Sequence record: PP328843.1
Length of the DNA: 64,000 nucleotides
Direction: 5' to 3' (one strand)
From: Escherichia phage 215Ecol030PP
Below, piece after piece: positions 47,538-59,045 of the stretch; positions within the stretch are counted from its first letter, which is position 1; the number at the start of each line of letters is the position of its first letter. Both the position numbers and the translations under genes were made by a program. A model generated the notes under the pieces. That model was not told the origin of the DNA, ran no database searches, and saw nothing but the letters and a program-made list of their open reading frames with translations.

Positions 47538-48218
47538 TTATTTTAATGTTACGAAAGAAGAATTACGTGTTTCACGAATTAGAACTGATCCGTCACGATT
47601 AATGTAGTAAATTAAGCTAAATAAAGTTTGGTGTGCTGACGCGTGTTCAAAACTAGTTGGGTGAGATTTCCAATCCGGAGTTTCAGCAATCCACTGGTAA
47701 ATCCACCAAGGAACGGTGCAGAATCCTGGATTTTTTCCAATCAGCTGAAGATTCGGACTAAAGTTTTCCGGAAGAGTAAATACAGACAGCTTTTCAGATT
47801 CAATAATCTCAGCTACAGCCTGCTCGAATTTTTCTTCAACAAAAGGAGTATCTTCAATCAAAACATCGGTATTTTCAGGAATTTTATCCGTTTCTACTAC
47901 TTCAATTTTAATGTCAGATTTAACCGGAGAATCAATCAGAAGTGCTGCTTCTGGATTGACTTCTTCATCGTCATATTTTAATCCGTCTGCGGCATCAGCA
48001 GCATCAATTAAGTCTTTAATAGATAACCCATCAGTCTCTGGCATAGGTTCACTAGCGAGCTTCTGGAGAGCTTCTTCAATATCATTAACGATATTATCAA
48101 AAGATTTATTCTTTTTGACCTTTATACCAAACTGTTCAGCATATTCAGCTAATTTAGCTTTAGCTTCTTTGTTATCATCAAGAGCCTTCAGCTCTGCAAT
48201 ATAATCTTTATCTATCAT
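47538..48218 (-). CDS. inh: inhibitor of prohead protease (226 aa)
   Basis: length/synteny. Confidence 0.85.
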   Translation of the reverse strand: MIDKDYIAELKALDDNKEAKAKLAEYAEQFGIKVKKNKSFDNIVNDIEEALQKLASEPMPETDGLSIKDLIDAADAADGLKYDDEEVNPEAALLIDSPVKSDIKIEVVETDKIPENTDVLIEDTPFVEEKFEQAVAEIIESEKLSVFTLPENFSPNLQLIGKNPGFCTVPWWIYQWIAETPDWKSHPTSFEHASAHQTLFSLIYYINRDGSVLIRETRNSSFVTLK

Positions 48219-48268
48219 AATATTTCCTCAGTATAAATATAGATATATTTATTACATGGTATTTAGAC

Positions 48269-49780
48269 ATGACTGACATTAAAGTACATTTTTATGATTT
48301 TAGTCACGTGAGAATTGATTGTGAAGAAAGTACATTTCATGAACTCCGTGATTTCTTTAGCTTTGAAGCTGATGGGTATCGTTTTAATCCGAAGTACAGA
48401 TATGGCCACTGGGATGGACGAATCCGTCTGTTAGATTATAATCGTCTTCTTCCATTCGGCTTAGTCGGGCAAATTAAAAAGTTCTGTGATAACTTTGGCT
48501 ATAAAGCCTGGATTGACCCACAAATTAACGAAAAAGAAGAATTATCAAGAAAAGATTTTGATGAATGGCTTTCTAAATTAGAAATCTATTCAGGAAATAA
48601 AAGAATTGAACCACACTGGTATCAAAAAGATGCAGTGTTCGAAGGATTAGTTAATCGTCGTAGAATTCTTAATCTTCCAACATCCGCTGGTAAATCTTTA
48701 ATTCAAGCTTTGCTTGCGCGATATTATTTGGAAAATTATGAAGGTAAAATTCTTATCATTGTTCCAACAACTGCTCTGACAACTCAGATGGCTGATGACT
48801 TCGTCGACTATCGTTTATTCAGTCATGCAATGATAAAGAAAATTGGTGGCGGAGCATCAAAAGATGATAAATATAAAAATGATGCACCGGTCGTTGTTGG
48901 TACATGGCAAACTGTAGTAAAACAACCGAAAGAATGGTTCTCACAGTTTGGAATGATGATGAATGATGAATGTCATCTTGCTACAGGAAAAAGTATTTCA
49001 TCTATCATATCAGGTTTAAATAACTGCATGTTCAAATTTGGTCTATCAGGTTCATTACGTGATGGCAAAGCCAATATCATGCAGTATGTTGGAATGTTTG
49101 GTGAAATATTTAAGCCAGTAACGACTTCTAAGTTAATGGAAGATGGACAAGTAACTGAGCTAAAAATTAATAGTATTTTTCTTCGCTATCCCGATGAGTT
49201 CACTACTAAATTAAAGGGAAAAACTTACCAAGAAGAAATAAAAATTATTACTGGGCTCAGTAAAAGAAATAAATGGATCGCTAAATTAGCTATTAAGCTT
49301 GCACAAAAAGATGAAAACGCTTTTGTCATGTTTAAACATGTATCGCATGGTAAAGCTATTTTCGATTTAATTAAAAATGAATACGATAAAGTTTATTACG
49401 TATCAGGGGAAGTTGATACCGAAACCCGCAACGTAATGAAAACCTTAGCTGAAAATGGTAAAGGAATAATTATAGTAGCTAGTTATGGTGTATTTTCTAC
49501 TGGTATTTCAGTTAAAAATCTGCATCATGTTGTTTTAGCGCACGGCGTTAAATCAAAAATCATTGTATTACAAACAATCGGTCGTGTATTACGTAAGCAT
49601 GGTTCTAAAACAATCGCAACAGTCTGGGACCTCATAGATGACGCGGGCGTCAAGCCAAAATCTGCTAATACGAAAAAGAAATATGTTCATTTGAACTATC
49701 TTTTAAAACACGGCATTGATCGTATTCAGCGCTACGCAGATGAAAAATTTAATTACGTAATGAAAACAGTTAATTTATAA
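48269..49780 (+). CDS. uvsW: UvsW DNA/RNA helicase (503 aa)
   Basis: SF2 helicase motifs (PTSAGKS, DECH); length/synteny. Confidence 0.93.
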   Translation: MTDIKVHFYDFSHVRIDCEESTFHELRDFFSFEADGYRFNPKYRYGHWDGRIRLLDYNRLLPFGLVGQIKKFCDNFGYKAWIDPQINEKEELSRKDFDEWLSKLEIYSGNKRIEPHWYQKDAVFEGLVNRRRILNLPTSAGKSLIQALLARYYLENYEGKILIIVPTTALTTQMADDFVDYRLFSHAMIKKIGGGASKDDKYKNDAPVVVGTWQTVVKQPKEWFSQFGMMMNDECHLATGKSISSIISGLNNCMFKFGLSGSLRDGKANIMQYVGMFGEIFKPVTTSKLMEDGQVTELKINSIFLRYPDEFTTKLKGKTYQEEIKIITGLSKRNKWIAKLAIKLAQKDENAFVMFKHVSHGKAIFDLIKNEYDKVYYVSGEVDTETRNVMKTLAENGKGIIIVASYGVFSTGISVKNLHHVVLAHGVKSKIIVLQTIGRVLRKHGSKTIATVWDLIDDAGVKPKSANTKKKYVHLNYLLKHGIDRIQRYADEKFNYVMKTVNL

Positions 49781-49793
49781 GGGCTTCGGCCCT

Positions 49794-50036
49794 TTGGAGA
49801 AAAAGATGTTACTAGGATTTAAACAATTTCTTTATGAAGCTTCTATTGATGAATTTATGGGTAAAATTGCCTCTTGCCAAACATTAGAAGGTCTAGAAGA
49901 ACTTGAAGCTTATTACAAGAAAAGAGTCAAAGAAACTGAATTAAAAGATACTGATGACATCTCAGTCAGAGATGCTTTGGCAGGAAAAAGAGCTGAATTA
50001 GAAGATTCAGATGATGAAGTAGAAGAAAGTTTTTAA
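49794..50036 (+). CDS. uvsW.1: UvsW.1 small acidic protein
   Basis: position and length. Confidence 0.8.
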   Translation: MEKKMLLGFKQFLYEASIDEFMGKIASCQTLEGLEELEAYYKKRVKETELKDTDDISVRDALAGKRAELEDSDDEVEESF

Positions 50037-50090
50037 ATAAAAAAGGCCCAACCAAAAAGGAAGGGCCAAAACTATAGACTAAAGGTCACA

Positions 50091-50258
50091 CTATAGCAAA
50101 AGTTGTGTTTCATTTAATTGTTCTTCCGAACTTTCTGAAACTGGTAGTTCTTTAATGTAATTATAGCAAGGCCCAGGATGTACAGGACCTTTGTCTGTTT
50201 CAACAACCAATGCAGAATCGATTGGAGTTTTACAGACAACACAAATCTTATCTGACAT
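50091..50258 (-). CDS. small Cys-containing protein (~55 aa, below ORF-track cutoff; T4 uvsY.-1 position)
   Basis: SD GAGGAGACAATC then ATG; frame MSDKICVVCKTPIDSALVV... Confidence 0.4.
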   Translation of the reverse strand: MSDKICVVCKTPIDSALVVETDKGPVHPGPCYNYIKELPVSESSEEQLNETQLLL

Positions 50259-50286
50259 GATTGTCTCCTCTGAATTATATATCTAT

Positions 50287-50511
50287 TTATACAACTCTCA
50301 TATGCATATCAATGCCCATATCTTTAGAATAAAAATATTCATCAAGATATCCAGCAAATTTTCCTTTAATATAAAGGACATCTTCACCACACGGGTGGTC
50401 GGCCAGGATACGAATATCCTGACGCTTGAGATTATGCTTTTTCATTAAGAATTGAATTTCCGTTTCAAATTCTTCTTCATAATTAAAAGCATCATCAATG
50501 CTATATCTCAT
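50287..50511 (-). CDS. hypothetical protein (T4 uvsY.-2 position, 74 aa)
   Basis: ORF track; synteny. Confidence 0.6.
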   Translation of the reverse strand: MRYSIDDAFNYEEEFETEIQFLMKKHNLKRQDIRILADHPCGEDVLYIKGKFAGYLDEYFYSKDMGIDMHMRVV

Positions 50512-50924
50512 TATTTTCCAGCCTCAAATGCTCGCATGTCTTGAATATGCTTAATAGCAAATCCACGTGATTTAATAGCATCAAGAGCTCCGCTACAGAA
50601 ATCTAATAAAATCCCCCAATACTGTAACGAGGTATCAACCTTTAAAACATCCTTATCAGCTGATAGAACTGTCTTCATTTCTGATTTCTCGTAACGATCC
50701 ATACTAAATTCATCACCATCTCCTCGTCCCGAGTAGTAGTCTAATCTAGCTTTAAGAGCAACTTTTTTCTGTGCGTCAATTCTAAGCATTTCCTTTTTAA
50801 TACTTGAATGCTTATTAAGCCATTTACTATATAACATCACATTATTAGCTGCTTCATACTGTAATTTAGTCGAATCTATAAACACATCTTTCTTCAATTC
50901 TTCTTGAAGATCTTCTAATCTCAT
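50511..50924 (-). CDS. uvsY: recombination mediator UvsY (137 aa)
   Basis: length/synteny. Confidence 0.93.
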   Translation of the reverse strand: MRLEDLQEELKKDVFIDSTKLQYEAANNVMLYSKWLNKHSSIKKEMLRIDAQKKVALKARLDYYSGRGDGDEFSMDRYEKSEMKTVLSADKDVLKVDTSLQYWGILLDFCSGALDAIKSRGFAIKHIQDMRAFEAGK

Positions 50925-50990
50925 ATTGTTCTCTATTCAATTGTTATTGGATGGACTTAGATTCATTATACCACGTTTATACGTGAAGCA

Positions 50991-51389
50991 TTATACTCTG
51001 TTACTGGAAGCCAGTTGTAGTTTTATCTGCTCAATATCATCAGGGTTATCGATGACCGAAAAGCGTATTTCTACTATCAGAGTATAATCATCATAAACTG
51101 GTATTACATTAACTGCTAATTTATCAATACGTGGCTCGTAGTTTCTTACTGCGCTTTCAATATTGCGCTCAACTGTGTCAGCAGTAAGAGGAGTCATATT
51201 TTCAAAAAGCTGGTCTGATAAATCACATCCAAATTCAGGGTCAAACGGTCTTGAACCTTTTCTTGTTGTAATAATTCCCAAAAGACTGTTTTTAATTGAC
51301 CTTAATCCAAGTGATCTGGAAACATCTTTGTTCCAATCCATTTTCATTTCCGGGTCAATATCAGAATAAAGCTTATTAATATTTGCCAT
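50991..51389 (-). CDS. 25: baseplate wedge protein gp25 (132 aa)
   Basis: length/synteny. Confidence 0.93.
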   Translation of the reverse strand: MANINKLYSDIDPEMKMDWNKDVSRSLGLRSIKNSLLGIITTRKGSRPFDPEFGCDLSDQLFENMTPLTADTVERNIESAVRNYEPRIDKLAVNVIPVYDDYTLIVEIRFSVIDNPDDIEQIKLQLASSNRV

Positions 51390-52015
51390 TATAGTAACTC
51401 AAAGAACTCTTTGAGGCCTCTTATTACGTGAGCATGGGTTTTTCCACACTCTGGACACTTAATTGGAACAGCCAAATAAACGGTAGGTTTTAAAAGCATA
51501 TCTTTTATAGCTACAATATCTGACTCTGTGATGATAGAATATAAATCTTCTAGTTCCTTTTCATTTAAGTCTTCAACTGGAATGCTTTCCCCGTTAGCAT
51601 GAATCGTTTCTATACATGATACTATCATGTGGGCTATATTTTTATCATCAAAAATTTTAGGGTATCGGAATTTAATTTTAATGTCACCCAGTGTATACCA
51701 GAGGTCTTCTGGTGCATCTATTTGTGTATGTAATAGATTTATATGGGTTGGTATTTCAGTTCCACAGGTGCACTTCCAGGAGTTTTCATGATTAACTTCT
51801 CCAAGAGAATGCGCCCATAAATGAATCAGCAGTAGTTCTGATTCTTGACGGTTTAAATCTTTTGCATTTGTGCATTCTTTGATTAGCTTTTTAACGATCT
51901 CTTCTACTGAACCGTTCTTTTTAGCAGTAATAAGCTCTAGATATTCTTTAAGAGTAAATGCGCGACAGTTGATTATTTTAGAACCAACTCTCACATCAAA
52001 TTTGTATTCATACAT
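51389..52015 (-). CDS. 26: baseplate hub protein gp26 (208 aa from MYEYKF)
   Basis: ORF track 51389..52075 trimmed to T4-like start. Confidence 0.85.
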   Translation of the reverse strand: MYEYKFDVRVGSKIINCRAFTLKEYLELITAKKNGSVEEIVKKLIKECTNAKDLNRQESELLLIHLWAHSLGEVNHENSWKCTCGTEIPTHINLLHTQIDAPEDLWYTLGDIKIKFRYPKIFDDKNIAHMIVSCIETIHANGESIPVEDLNEKELEDLYSIITESDIVAIKDMLLKPTVYLAVPIKCPECGKTHAHVIRGLKEFFELL

Positions 52016-52064
52016 ATTTAGCTCCTTTATTATCATATTTATAAATAGAATAAAAGGAGCATCT

Positions 52065-52814
52065 ATGGCAAACATTATTCGTTGTAAATTACCAGATGGT
52101 GTTCATCGTTTTAAACCATTTACGGTAGAAGATTATCGAGATTTTTTGTTAGTTCGAAACGATATAGAACATCGGTCACCACAAGAACAAAAAGAAATAA
52201 TTGCTGATTTAATTGCCGATTATTTTGGAGACTATCCGAAGACTTGGCAACCATTTATATTTTTGCAGGTATTTGTAGGGTCAATAGGTAAAACAAAAGT
52301 ACCAGTCACATTCGTATGTCCAAAATGTAAAAAAGAAAAGACAGTTCCATTTGAAATATATCAAAAAGAATTAAAGGAACCTGTTTTTGATGTAGCTAAT
52401 GTTAAAATTAAATTAAAGTTTCCTTCTGAGTTTTATGAAAATAAAGCAAAGATGATTACTGAAAATATTCATTCTGTTCAAGTAGATGAAATTTGGTATG
52501 ATTGGAAGGAAATTAGCGAATCAAGTCAAATAGAACTTGTTGATGCAATCGAGATAGAAACATTAGAAAAAATTCTCGATGCAATGAATCCTATTAATTT
52601 AACTCTACATATGTCCTGCTGTGATAAGTATGTAAAAAAATACACTGATATAGTAGATGTGTTTAAGCTATTAGTTAACCCAGATGAAATATTTACTTTT
52701 TATCAAATTAATCACACACTCGTAAAAAGTAATTATAGCTTAAATTCAATAATGAAAATGATTCCTGCCGAGCGCGGATTCGTATTAAAACTGATTGAGA
52801 AGGATAAACAATAA
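52065..52814 (+). CDS. 51: baseplate hub assembly protein gp51 (249 aa from MANIIR, SD AAGGAG)
   Basis: ORF track 51870..52814 trimmed; divergent from gene 26. Confidence 0.88.
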   Translation: MANIIRCKLPDGVHRFKPFTVEDYRDFLLVRNDIEHRSPQEQKEIIADLIADYFGDYPKTWQPFIFLQVFVGSIGKTKVPVTFVCPKCKKEKTVPFEIYQKELKEPVFDVANVKIKLKFPSEFYENKAKMITENIHSVQVDEIWYDWKEISESSQIELVDAIEIETLEKILDAMNPINLTLHMSCCDKYVKKYTDIVDVFKLLVNPDEIFTFYQINHTLVKSNYSLNSIMKMIPAERGFVLKLIEKDKQ

Positions 52815-53989
52815 TGAGTATGTTGCAACGCCCTGGATATCCAAATCTCAGCGTTAAATTATTTGATAGCTACGACGCTTGGAGTAATAATAGATTTGTT
52901 GAATTAGCTGCTACTATTACCACATTAACTATGCGGGATTCTCTTTATGGCCGAAATGAAGGAATGCTGCAGTTTTATGATTCTAAAAATATTCATACAA
53001 AAATGGATGGAAATGAAATAATTCAGATTTCTGTAGCTAATGCAAACGATATTAATAATGTTAAAACACGAATTTATGGATGTAAGCATTTTTCCGTGTC
53101 AGTAGATTCAAAGGGTGATAACATCATTGCTATTGAATTGGGAACTATTCATTCTATAGAAAATCTTAAATTTGGCAGACCGTTTTTCCCTGATGCAGGT
53201 GAATCTATAAAGGAAATGCTTGGTGTCATTTATCAAGACCGCACGCTATTAACTCCAGCGATAAATGCTATAAATGCTTATGTTCCTGATATTCCATGGA
53301 CTAGCACATTTGAAAACTATTTGTCGTATGTTAGAGAAGTTGCTCTAGCTGTAGGAAGTGACAAATTTGTATTTGTATGGCAAGACATCATGGGAGTTAA
53401 CATGATGGATTATGATATGATGATAAATCAAGAACCATATCCAATGATTGTCGGTGAGCCATCTTTAATAGGTCAATTCATCCAAGAACTAAAATACCCA
53501 TTAGCGTATGATTTCGTTTGGTTGACTAAATCGAATCCTCACAAACGTGACCCAATGAAAAACGCTACTATCTATGCTCATTCATTTTTAGATTCTTCAT
53601 TGCCAATGATTACTACAGGAAAAGGCGAAAACTCTATTGTAGTGTCAAGGTCAGGTGCTTATTCTGAAATGACTTATAGGAATGGATATGAAGAAGCTAT
53701 TCGTCTTCAAACTATGGCGCAATATGATGGCTATGCTAAATGTTCTACTGTCGGTAATTTTAACTTGACCCCTGGCGTTAAAATTATTTTTAATGATAGT
53801 AAAAACCAATTTAAAACAGAATTTTACGTTGATGAAGTTATTCATGAATTATCAAATAATAATTCAGTAACTCATCTATATATGTTCACTAATGCAACGA
53901 AACTGGAAACAATAGACCCAGTTAAGGTTAAAAATGAATTTAAATCTGATACTACCACTGAAGAAAGCAGTTCTTCCAATAAGCAATAA
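52814..53989 (+). CDS. 27: baseplate hub protein gp27 (391 aa)
   Basis: length/synteny. Confidence 0.93.
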   Translation: MSMLQRPGYPNLSVKLFDSYDAWSNNRFVELAATITTLTMRDSLYGRNEGMLQFYDSKNIHTKMDGNEIIQISVANANDINNVKTRIYGCKHFSVSVDSKGDNIIAIELGTIHSIENLKFGRPFFPDAGESIKEMLGVIYQDRTLLTPAINAINAYVPDIPWTSTFENYLSYVREVALAVGSDKFVFVWQDIMGVNMMDYDMMINQEPYPMIVGEPSLIGQFIQELKYPLAYDFVWLTKSNPHKRDPMKNATIYAHSFLDSSLPMITTGKGENSIVVSRSGAYSEMTYRNGYEEAIRLQTMAQYDGYAKCSTVGNFNLTPGVKIIFNDSKNQFKTEFYVDEVIHELSNNNSVTHLYMFTNATKLETIDPVKVKNEFKSDTTTEESSSSNKQ

Positions 53990-54467
53990 AGAAGTTTCTA
54001 TTCCTAAAATGGGTCTTAAACATTATAACATTTTAAAGGATGTTAAAGGTCCTGATGAAAATTTAAAACTTCTTATTGATTCTATTTGTCCGAATTTATC
54101 ACCGGCAGAAGTTGATTTCGTTTCTATTCATTTATTGGAATTTAATGGAAAGATTAAATCTCGTAAAGAAATAGATGGCTATACTTATGACATTAATGAT
54201 GTTTATGTATGCCAAAGATTGGAATTTCAATACCAAGGAAATACATTTTATTTTAGACCGCCTGGAAAATTTGAACAATTTTTAACGGTGAGCGATATGT
54301 TATCTAAATGCTTGCTTAAGGTCAATGATGAAGTTAAAGAAATTAATTTTCTTGAGATGCCAGCATTCGTTTTAAAATGGGCAAATGATATTTTTACAAC
54401 TTTAGCAATTCCTGGCCCTAATGGTCCAATAACCGGAATTGGCAATATTATTGGATTATTTGAATGA
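53934..54467 (+). CDS. 28: baseplate hub distal protein gp28 (177 aa)
   Basis: length/synteny. Confidence 0.85.
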   Translation: MNLNLILPLKKAVLPISNKEVSIPKMGLKHYNILKDVKGPDENLKLLIDSICPNLSPAEVDFVSIHLLEFNGKIKSRKEIDGYTYDINDVYVCQRLEFQYQGNTFYFRPPGKFEQFLTVSDMLSKCLLKVNDEVKEINFLEMPAFVLKWANDIFTTLAIPGPNGPITGIGNIIGLFE

Positions 54468-56236
54468 AAAAGCCACAAGAAATGCAAACGATGCGTAGAA
54501 AAGTTATTTCAGATAATAAACCAACACAGGAAGCGGCTAAATCCGCTTCTAACACTTTATCTGGACTTAACGATATATCTACGAAATTGGATGATGCTCA
54601 AGCTGCTTCTGAATTAATTGCTCAAACGGTCGAAGAAAAATCAAATGAAATAATTGGAGCAATTGATAATGTAGAAAGCGCAGTGAGTGATACTACTGCC
54701 GGTTCTGAATTAATTGCTGAAACTGTCGAAATTGGCAACAATATTAATAAAGAAATCGGTGAATCACTCGGAAGTAAATTAGATAAATTAACGAGTTTAC
54801 TCGAGCAAAAAATCCAGACAGCCGGAATTCAACAAACAGGAACTAGTTTAGCTACGGTTGAAAGCGCTATTCCTGTTAAAGTTGTTGAGGACGATACAGC
54901 TGAATCTGTTGGTCCTTTATTACCGGCTCCTGAAGCAGTTAATAATGATCCTGATGCTGATTTTTTCCCTACCCCTCAGCCAGTTGAACCTAAACAAGAA
55001 TCGCCAGAAGAAAAACAGAAAAAAGACGCATTTAACTTAAAATTATCTCAAGCTTTAGATAAATTAACGAAGACTGTTGATTTTGGATTTAAGAAATCCA
55101 TTTCAATTACTGATAAAATATCGAGCATGTTATTTAAGTATACTGTCAGTGCTGCTATTGAAGCCGCTAAAATGACTGCAATGATATTGGCTGTTGTTGT
55201 CGGAATAGATCTGTTGATGGTTCATTTCAAATATTGGTCAGATAAATTTTCGCAGGCTTGGGATTTGTTTAGTACAGACTTTACTAAATTCTCTAGCGAA
55301 ACCGGAACATGGGGTCCTTTATTACAAAGCATCTTTGGTTCTATTGATAAAATTAAGAAGCTGTGGGAAGCTGGAGATTGGGGCGGATTGACAGCAGCTA
55401 TTGTAGAAGGACTTGGAAAGGTTCTTTTTAATTTAGGAGAGCTTATTCAGCTTGGAATGGCTAAATTATCTGCTGCAATTCTTCGAGTCATTCCTGGCAT
55501 GAAGGATACCGCTGATGAAGTAGAAGGAAGAGCACTAGAAAATTTCCAAAATACTACAAATGCTTCTCTTAACAAAGAAGACCAAGAAAAAGTTGCAAAC
55601 TATCAATATAAAAGAATGAATGGAGAACTTGGTCCGATAGCAAAAGGACTAGACAAAATTGCGAACTGGAAAACTCGTGCATCTAACTGGATTCGTGGTG
55701 TTGATAATAAAGAAGCACTAACGACTGATGAAGAGAGAGCAGATGAAGAAGAAAAATTAAAGCAACTTTCTCCGGAGGAAGCTAAAATTGCTTTAATGAA
55801 AGCTAATGAAGCTCGTGCTGCTATGAATCGTTTTGATGAATATGCTAATTCAGCTGATATGAGTAAAGATTCAACAGTTAAATCAGTTGAAGCTGCCTAT
55901 GAAGACCTTAAAAAACGGATGGATGACCCGGATTTAAATAATTCACCGGCAGTTAAAAAAGAACTTGCTGCTAGATTTTCTAAAATTGATGCTACTTATC
56001 AAGAGCTCAAGAAAAATCAGCCTAATGCCAAACCTGAAACTTCTGCTAAATCACCAGAAGCGAAACAAGTCCAGGTGATTGAAAAGAACAAAGCACAGCA
56101 AGCTCCTGTTCAACAAGCATCTCCTTCAATCAATAATACTAATAATGTTATTAAGAAAAATACTGTCGTTCATAATATGACACCCGTAACGAGCACGACT
56201 GCTCCTGGTGTATTTGATGCGACTGGAGTTAATTAA
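54464..56236 (+). CDS. 29: tail tape-measure/baseplate hub protein gp29 (590 aa)
   Basis: length/synteny. Confidence 0.92.
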   Translation: MKKPQEMQTMRRKVISDNKPTQEAAKSASNTLSGLNDISTKLDDAQAASELIAQTVEEKSNEIIGAIDNVESAVSDTTAGSELIAETVEIGNNINKEIGESLGSKLDKLTSLLEQKIQTAGIQQTGTSLATVESAIPVKVVEDDTAESVGPLLPAPEAVNNDPDADFFPTPQPVEPKQESPEEKQKKDAFNLKLSQALDKLTKTVDFGFKKSISITDKISSMLFKYTVSAAIEAAKMTAMILAVVVGIDLLMVHFKYWSDKFSQAWDLFSTDFTKFSSETGTWGPLLQSIFGSIDKIKKLWEAGDWGGLTAAIVEGLGKVLFNLGELIQLGMAKLSAAILRVIPGMKDTADEVEGRALENFQNTTNASLNKEDQEKVANYQYKRMNGELGPIAKGLDKIANWKTRASNWIRGVDNKEALTTDEERADEEEKLKQLSPEEAKIALMKANEARAAMNRFDEYANSADMSKDSTVKSVEAAYEDLKKRMDDPDLNNSPAVKKELAARFSKIDATYQELKKNQPNAKPETSAKSPEAKQVQVIEKNKAQQAPVQQASPSINNTNNVIKKNTVVHNMTPVTSTTAPGVFDATGVN

Positions 56237-56244
56237 GGAATAAT

Positions 56245-57339
56245 ATGGCAATTGTTAAAGAAATAACTGCTGATTTAATTAAAAAGTCCGGTGAGAAAAT
56301 TTCAGCCGGACAGAGTACTAAATCAGAAGTAGGAACTAAAACATACACAGCCCAGTTTCCAACTGGGCGTGCTAGTGGTAATGACACTACAGGGGACTTC
56401 CAGGTAACAGATCTATATAAGAATGGATTATTATTTACTGCATACAATATGTCATCTAGGGATTCTGGAAGTCTTAGATCGATGAGATCTAACTACTCTT
56501 CTTCATCTTCGAGTATTTTACGTACAGCTAGAAACACTATTAGTAGTACAGTATCAAAACTATCAAATGGATTAATATCAAATAATAATTCAGGAACAAT
56601 AAGTAAATCTCCTATCGCAAACATTCTTTTACCGAGATCTAAATCTGATGTTGATACATCATCACATAGATTTAATGATGTTCAAGAAAGCCTTATCAGT
56701 AGAGGCGGAGGTACTGCTACTGGAGTGCTAAGTAATATTGCTTCAACCGCAGTATTTGGGGCACTGGAAAGTATAACACAAGGTATAATGGCTGATAATA
56801 ATGAACAGATTTATACGACAGCCAGAAGTATGTATGGTGGTGCTGAAAATAGAACTAAAGTGTTTACATGGGATTTGACTCCACGTTCAACAGAAGATTT
56901 AATGGCTATTATTAATATCTATCAATATTTTAACTATTTTTCTTATGGTGAAACGGGTAAATCTCAATATGCTGCTGAAATAAAGGGGTATTTAGATGAT
57001 TGGTATCGTTCTACGTTAATTGAACCTTTATCTCCGGAAGACGCAGCTAAAAATAAAACACTATTTGAGAAAATGACATCGAGTTTAACTAACGTTCTTG
57101 TAGTTTCAAACCCGACAATTTGGATGGTGAAAAACTTTGGTGCAACATCTAAGTTTGATGGAAAAACGGAAATATTCGGTCCATGTCAAATCCAGAGTAT
57201 CAGATTTGATAAAACACCTAATGGTAACTTTAACGGATTAGCTATTGCTCCAAATCTCCCTAGTACATTTACTCTCGAGATTACTATGAGAGAAATTATC
57301 ACGTTAAACCGTGCTTCTTTATATGCGGGGACTTTTTAA
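56245..57339 (+). CDS. 48: baseplate tail-tube cap gp48 (364 aa)
   Basis: length/synteny. Confidence 0.92.
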   Translation: MAIVKEITADLIKKSGEKISAGQSTKSEVGTKTYTAQFPTGRASGNDTTGDFQVTDLYKNGLLFTAYNMSSRDSGSLRSMRSNYSSSSSSILRTARNTISSTVSKLSNGLISNNNSGTISKSPIANILLPRSKSDVDTSSHRFNDVQESLISRGGGTATGVLSNIASTAVFGALESITQGIMADNNEQIYTTARSMYGGAENRTKVFTWDLTPRSTEDLMAIINIYQYFNYFSYGETGKSQYAAEIKGYLDDWYRSTLIEPLSPEDAAKNKTLFEKMTSSLTNVLVVSNPTIWMVKNFGATSKFDGKTEIFGPCQIQSIRFDKTPNGNFNGLAIAPNLPSTFTLEITMREIITLNRASLYAGTF

Positions 57340-58304
57340 TGTATTCTTTAGAGGAATTTAATAATCAAGCAATAAACGCAGATTTCCAACGTAATAATAT
57401 GTTTAGCTGCGTTTTTGCAACAACTCCATCAACTAAAAGCTCTTCGTTGATAAGTTCAATTAGCAACTTTTCTTATAATAACTTGGGCCTAAATTCAGAT
57501 TGGTTAGGATTAACTCAAGGCGATATTAATCAGGGAATTACCACGCTAATTACTGCTGGCACACAAAAACTGATAAGAAAATCAGGGGTTAGTAAATATC
57601 TTATTGGTGCCATGAGTCAACGTACAGTTCAAAGTTTATTAGGCTCATTTACAGTTGGTACATATTTAATTGACTTCTTTAACATGGCATATAACTCATC
57701 TGGATTGATGATATACTCCGTAAAAATGCCAGAGAATAGATTATCCTATGAAACTGACTGGAACTATAATTCTCCTAATATTCGTATAACCGGAAGAGAA
57801 TTAGACCCTTTGGTTATTTCATTTAGAATGGATTCAGAGTCGTGTAATTATCGTGCAATGCAAGACTGGGTTAACGCTGTTCAAGACCCAGTAACTGGAT
57901 TGCGTGCTTTGCCGCAAGATGTCGAGGCAGATATTCAGGTTAATCTTCATTCTCGCAATGGATTACCACATACTGCGGTGATGTTCACTGGATGCATTCC
58001 AGTGTCCGTAAGCGCTCCTGAGTTATCATATGATGGAGATAACCAAATAACTACATTTGATGTTACTTTTGCGTATAGAGTGATGCAGGCTGGAGCAGTT
58101 GATAGACAAGCTGCCCTTGAATGGCTTGAATCTGCTACTATAAATGGTATTCAAAGCGTTCTCGGAAATAGTGGAGGTGTTACTGGACTATCTAATTCGC
58201 TTTCACGACTTAGTAGATTAGGGGGAACTGCAGGAAGCATTTCAAATATTAATACTATGACAGGAATTGTCAATTCGCAAAGTAAAATATTAGGAGCAAT
58301 ATAA
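57339..58304 (+). CDS. 54: baseplate tail-tube initiator gp54 (321 aa)
   Basis: length/synteny. Confidence 0.92.
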   Translation: MYSLEEFNNQAINADFQRNNMFSCVFATTPSTKSSSLISSISNFSYNNLGLNSDWLGLTQGDINQGITTLITAGTQKLIRKSGVSKYLIGAMSQRTVQSLLGSFTVGTYLIDFFNMAYNSSGLMIYSVKMPENRLSYETDWNYNSPNIRITGRELDPLVISFRMDSESCNYRAMQDWVNAVQDPVTGLRALPQDVEADIQVNLHSRNGLPHTAVMFTGCIPVSVSAPELSYDGDNQITTFDVTFAYRVMQAGAVDRQAALEWLESATINGIQSVLGNSGGVTGLSNSLSRLSRLGGTAGSISNINTMTGIVNSQSKILGAI

Positions 58305-58308
58305 CAAT

Positions 58309-58332
58309 GGGGACCGAAAGGTCCCCATATTT
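58309..58332. terminator. bidirectional terminator between gene 54 and convergent minus-strand gene
   Basis: GGGGACCGAAAGGTCCCC then T-run. Confidence 0.6.
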
Positions 58333-58623
58333 TTATTTACGGAATGAAATGAAAGCAGCAACTGAAGCAACTAAACTGTCTTCAATATAAACTTCAATTT
58401 TTACCGGAGCTTCTGACTCAAATTTACCTGTTACTACACCCTGAAAAATACTTTCAGTCTGTTCTGGCTTTGAAAAATTTTCAGAAGGAAAAATTCCAAA
58501 CTTTTTATCTGTTCCGAAAATTTTGATAAATTCATCATAAACCGCTTCGTTAAAAGCATTATCAGCAGGAATAACGCCTTCAACTACAAGTTCTTGACCT
58601 AAAAAGCGTAAAGAAGATTTCAT
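58333..58623 (-). CDS. hypothetical protein (96 aa; T4 alt.-x position)
   Basis: ORF track. Confidence 0.5.
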   Translation of the reverse strand: MKSSLRFLGQELVVEGVIPADNAFNEAVYDEFIKIFGTDKKFGIFPSENFSKPEQTESIFQGVVTGKFESEAPVKIEVYIEDSLVASVAAFISFRK

Positions 58624-58655
58624 TTTGTGTTCCTCATGTTATGTCAGTAAGACTA

Positions 58656-59042
58656 CTATAACACAACACGAGGGACTTGTAAACTACATTTTGAACTTTT
58701 TAGTACGCGTAATAGGCATGCGTCGATTTTATACTGTTTCATTGTTTGAAGAGCAGTATCAAAAACAGCATTAATGACGCCAATTGGATTTCCACCCAAG
58801 TTTCTAAGCTTAACCAGTGATAATTTCTCGTTGACACCTATCATTACGATATGCATCATTTTATCGCCTGGCTTAACGTTTTTATTTGTATCACCGCCAG
58901 AGGTGTATGTACAAAATCTAAATCCAGGAAGCACGCTTTCTTCGTCGGCTTGAATAGCAAAAATTTGAGGTATTTTATGCTTAGGATTTAAGTTAACAAC
59001 CGGCGCCGAAGCGCCGTCAAATAATTATGTAATAAGTTCCAT
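58656..59042 (-). pseudogene. diverged paralog of the alt N-terminal region, interrupted by in-frame TAA at codon 6 (MELIT*), open again from GTG at 58934 (92 aa)
   Basis: ~60% aa identity to Alt residues ~8-110 (PGFR.CTYTSGGDTN, DKMMHIV, QTM.QYKIDAC.LR.LKS); ATGGAACTTATTACATAA begins 3 nt after alt stop. Confidence 0.6.
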
Positions 59043-59045
59043 GAT

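Noticed and set aside
50191-50448. Plus-strand ORF 85 aa between uvsW.1 and uvsY
   Set aside because: Overlaps the better-supported minus-strand small genes (50091-50258 and 50287-50511) and lacks an SD.
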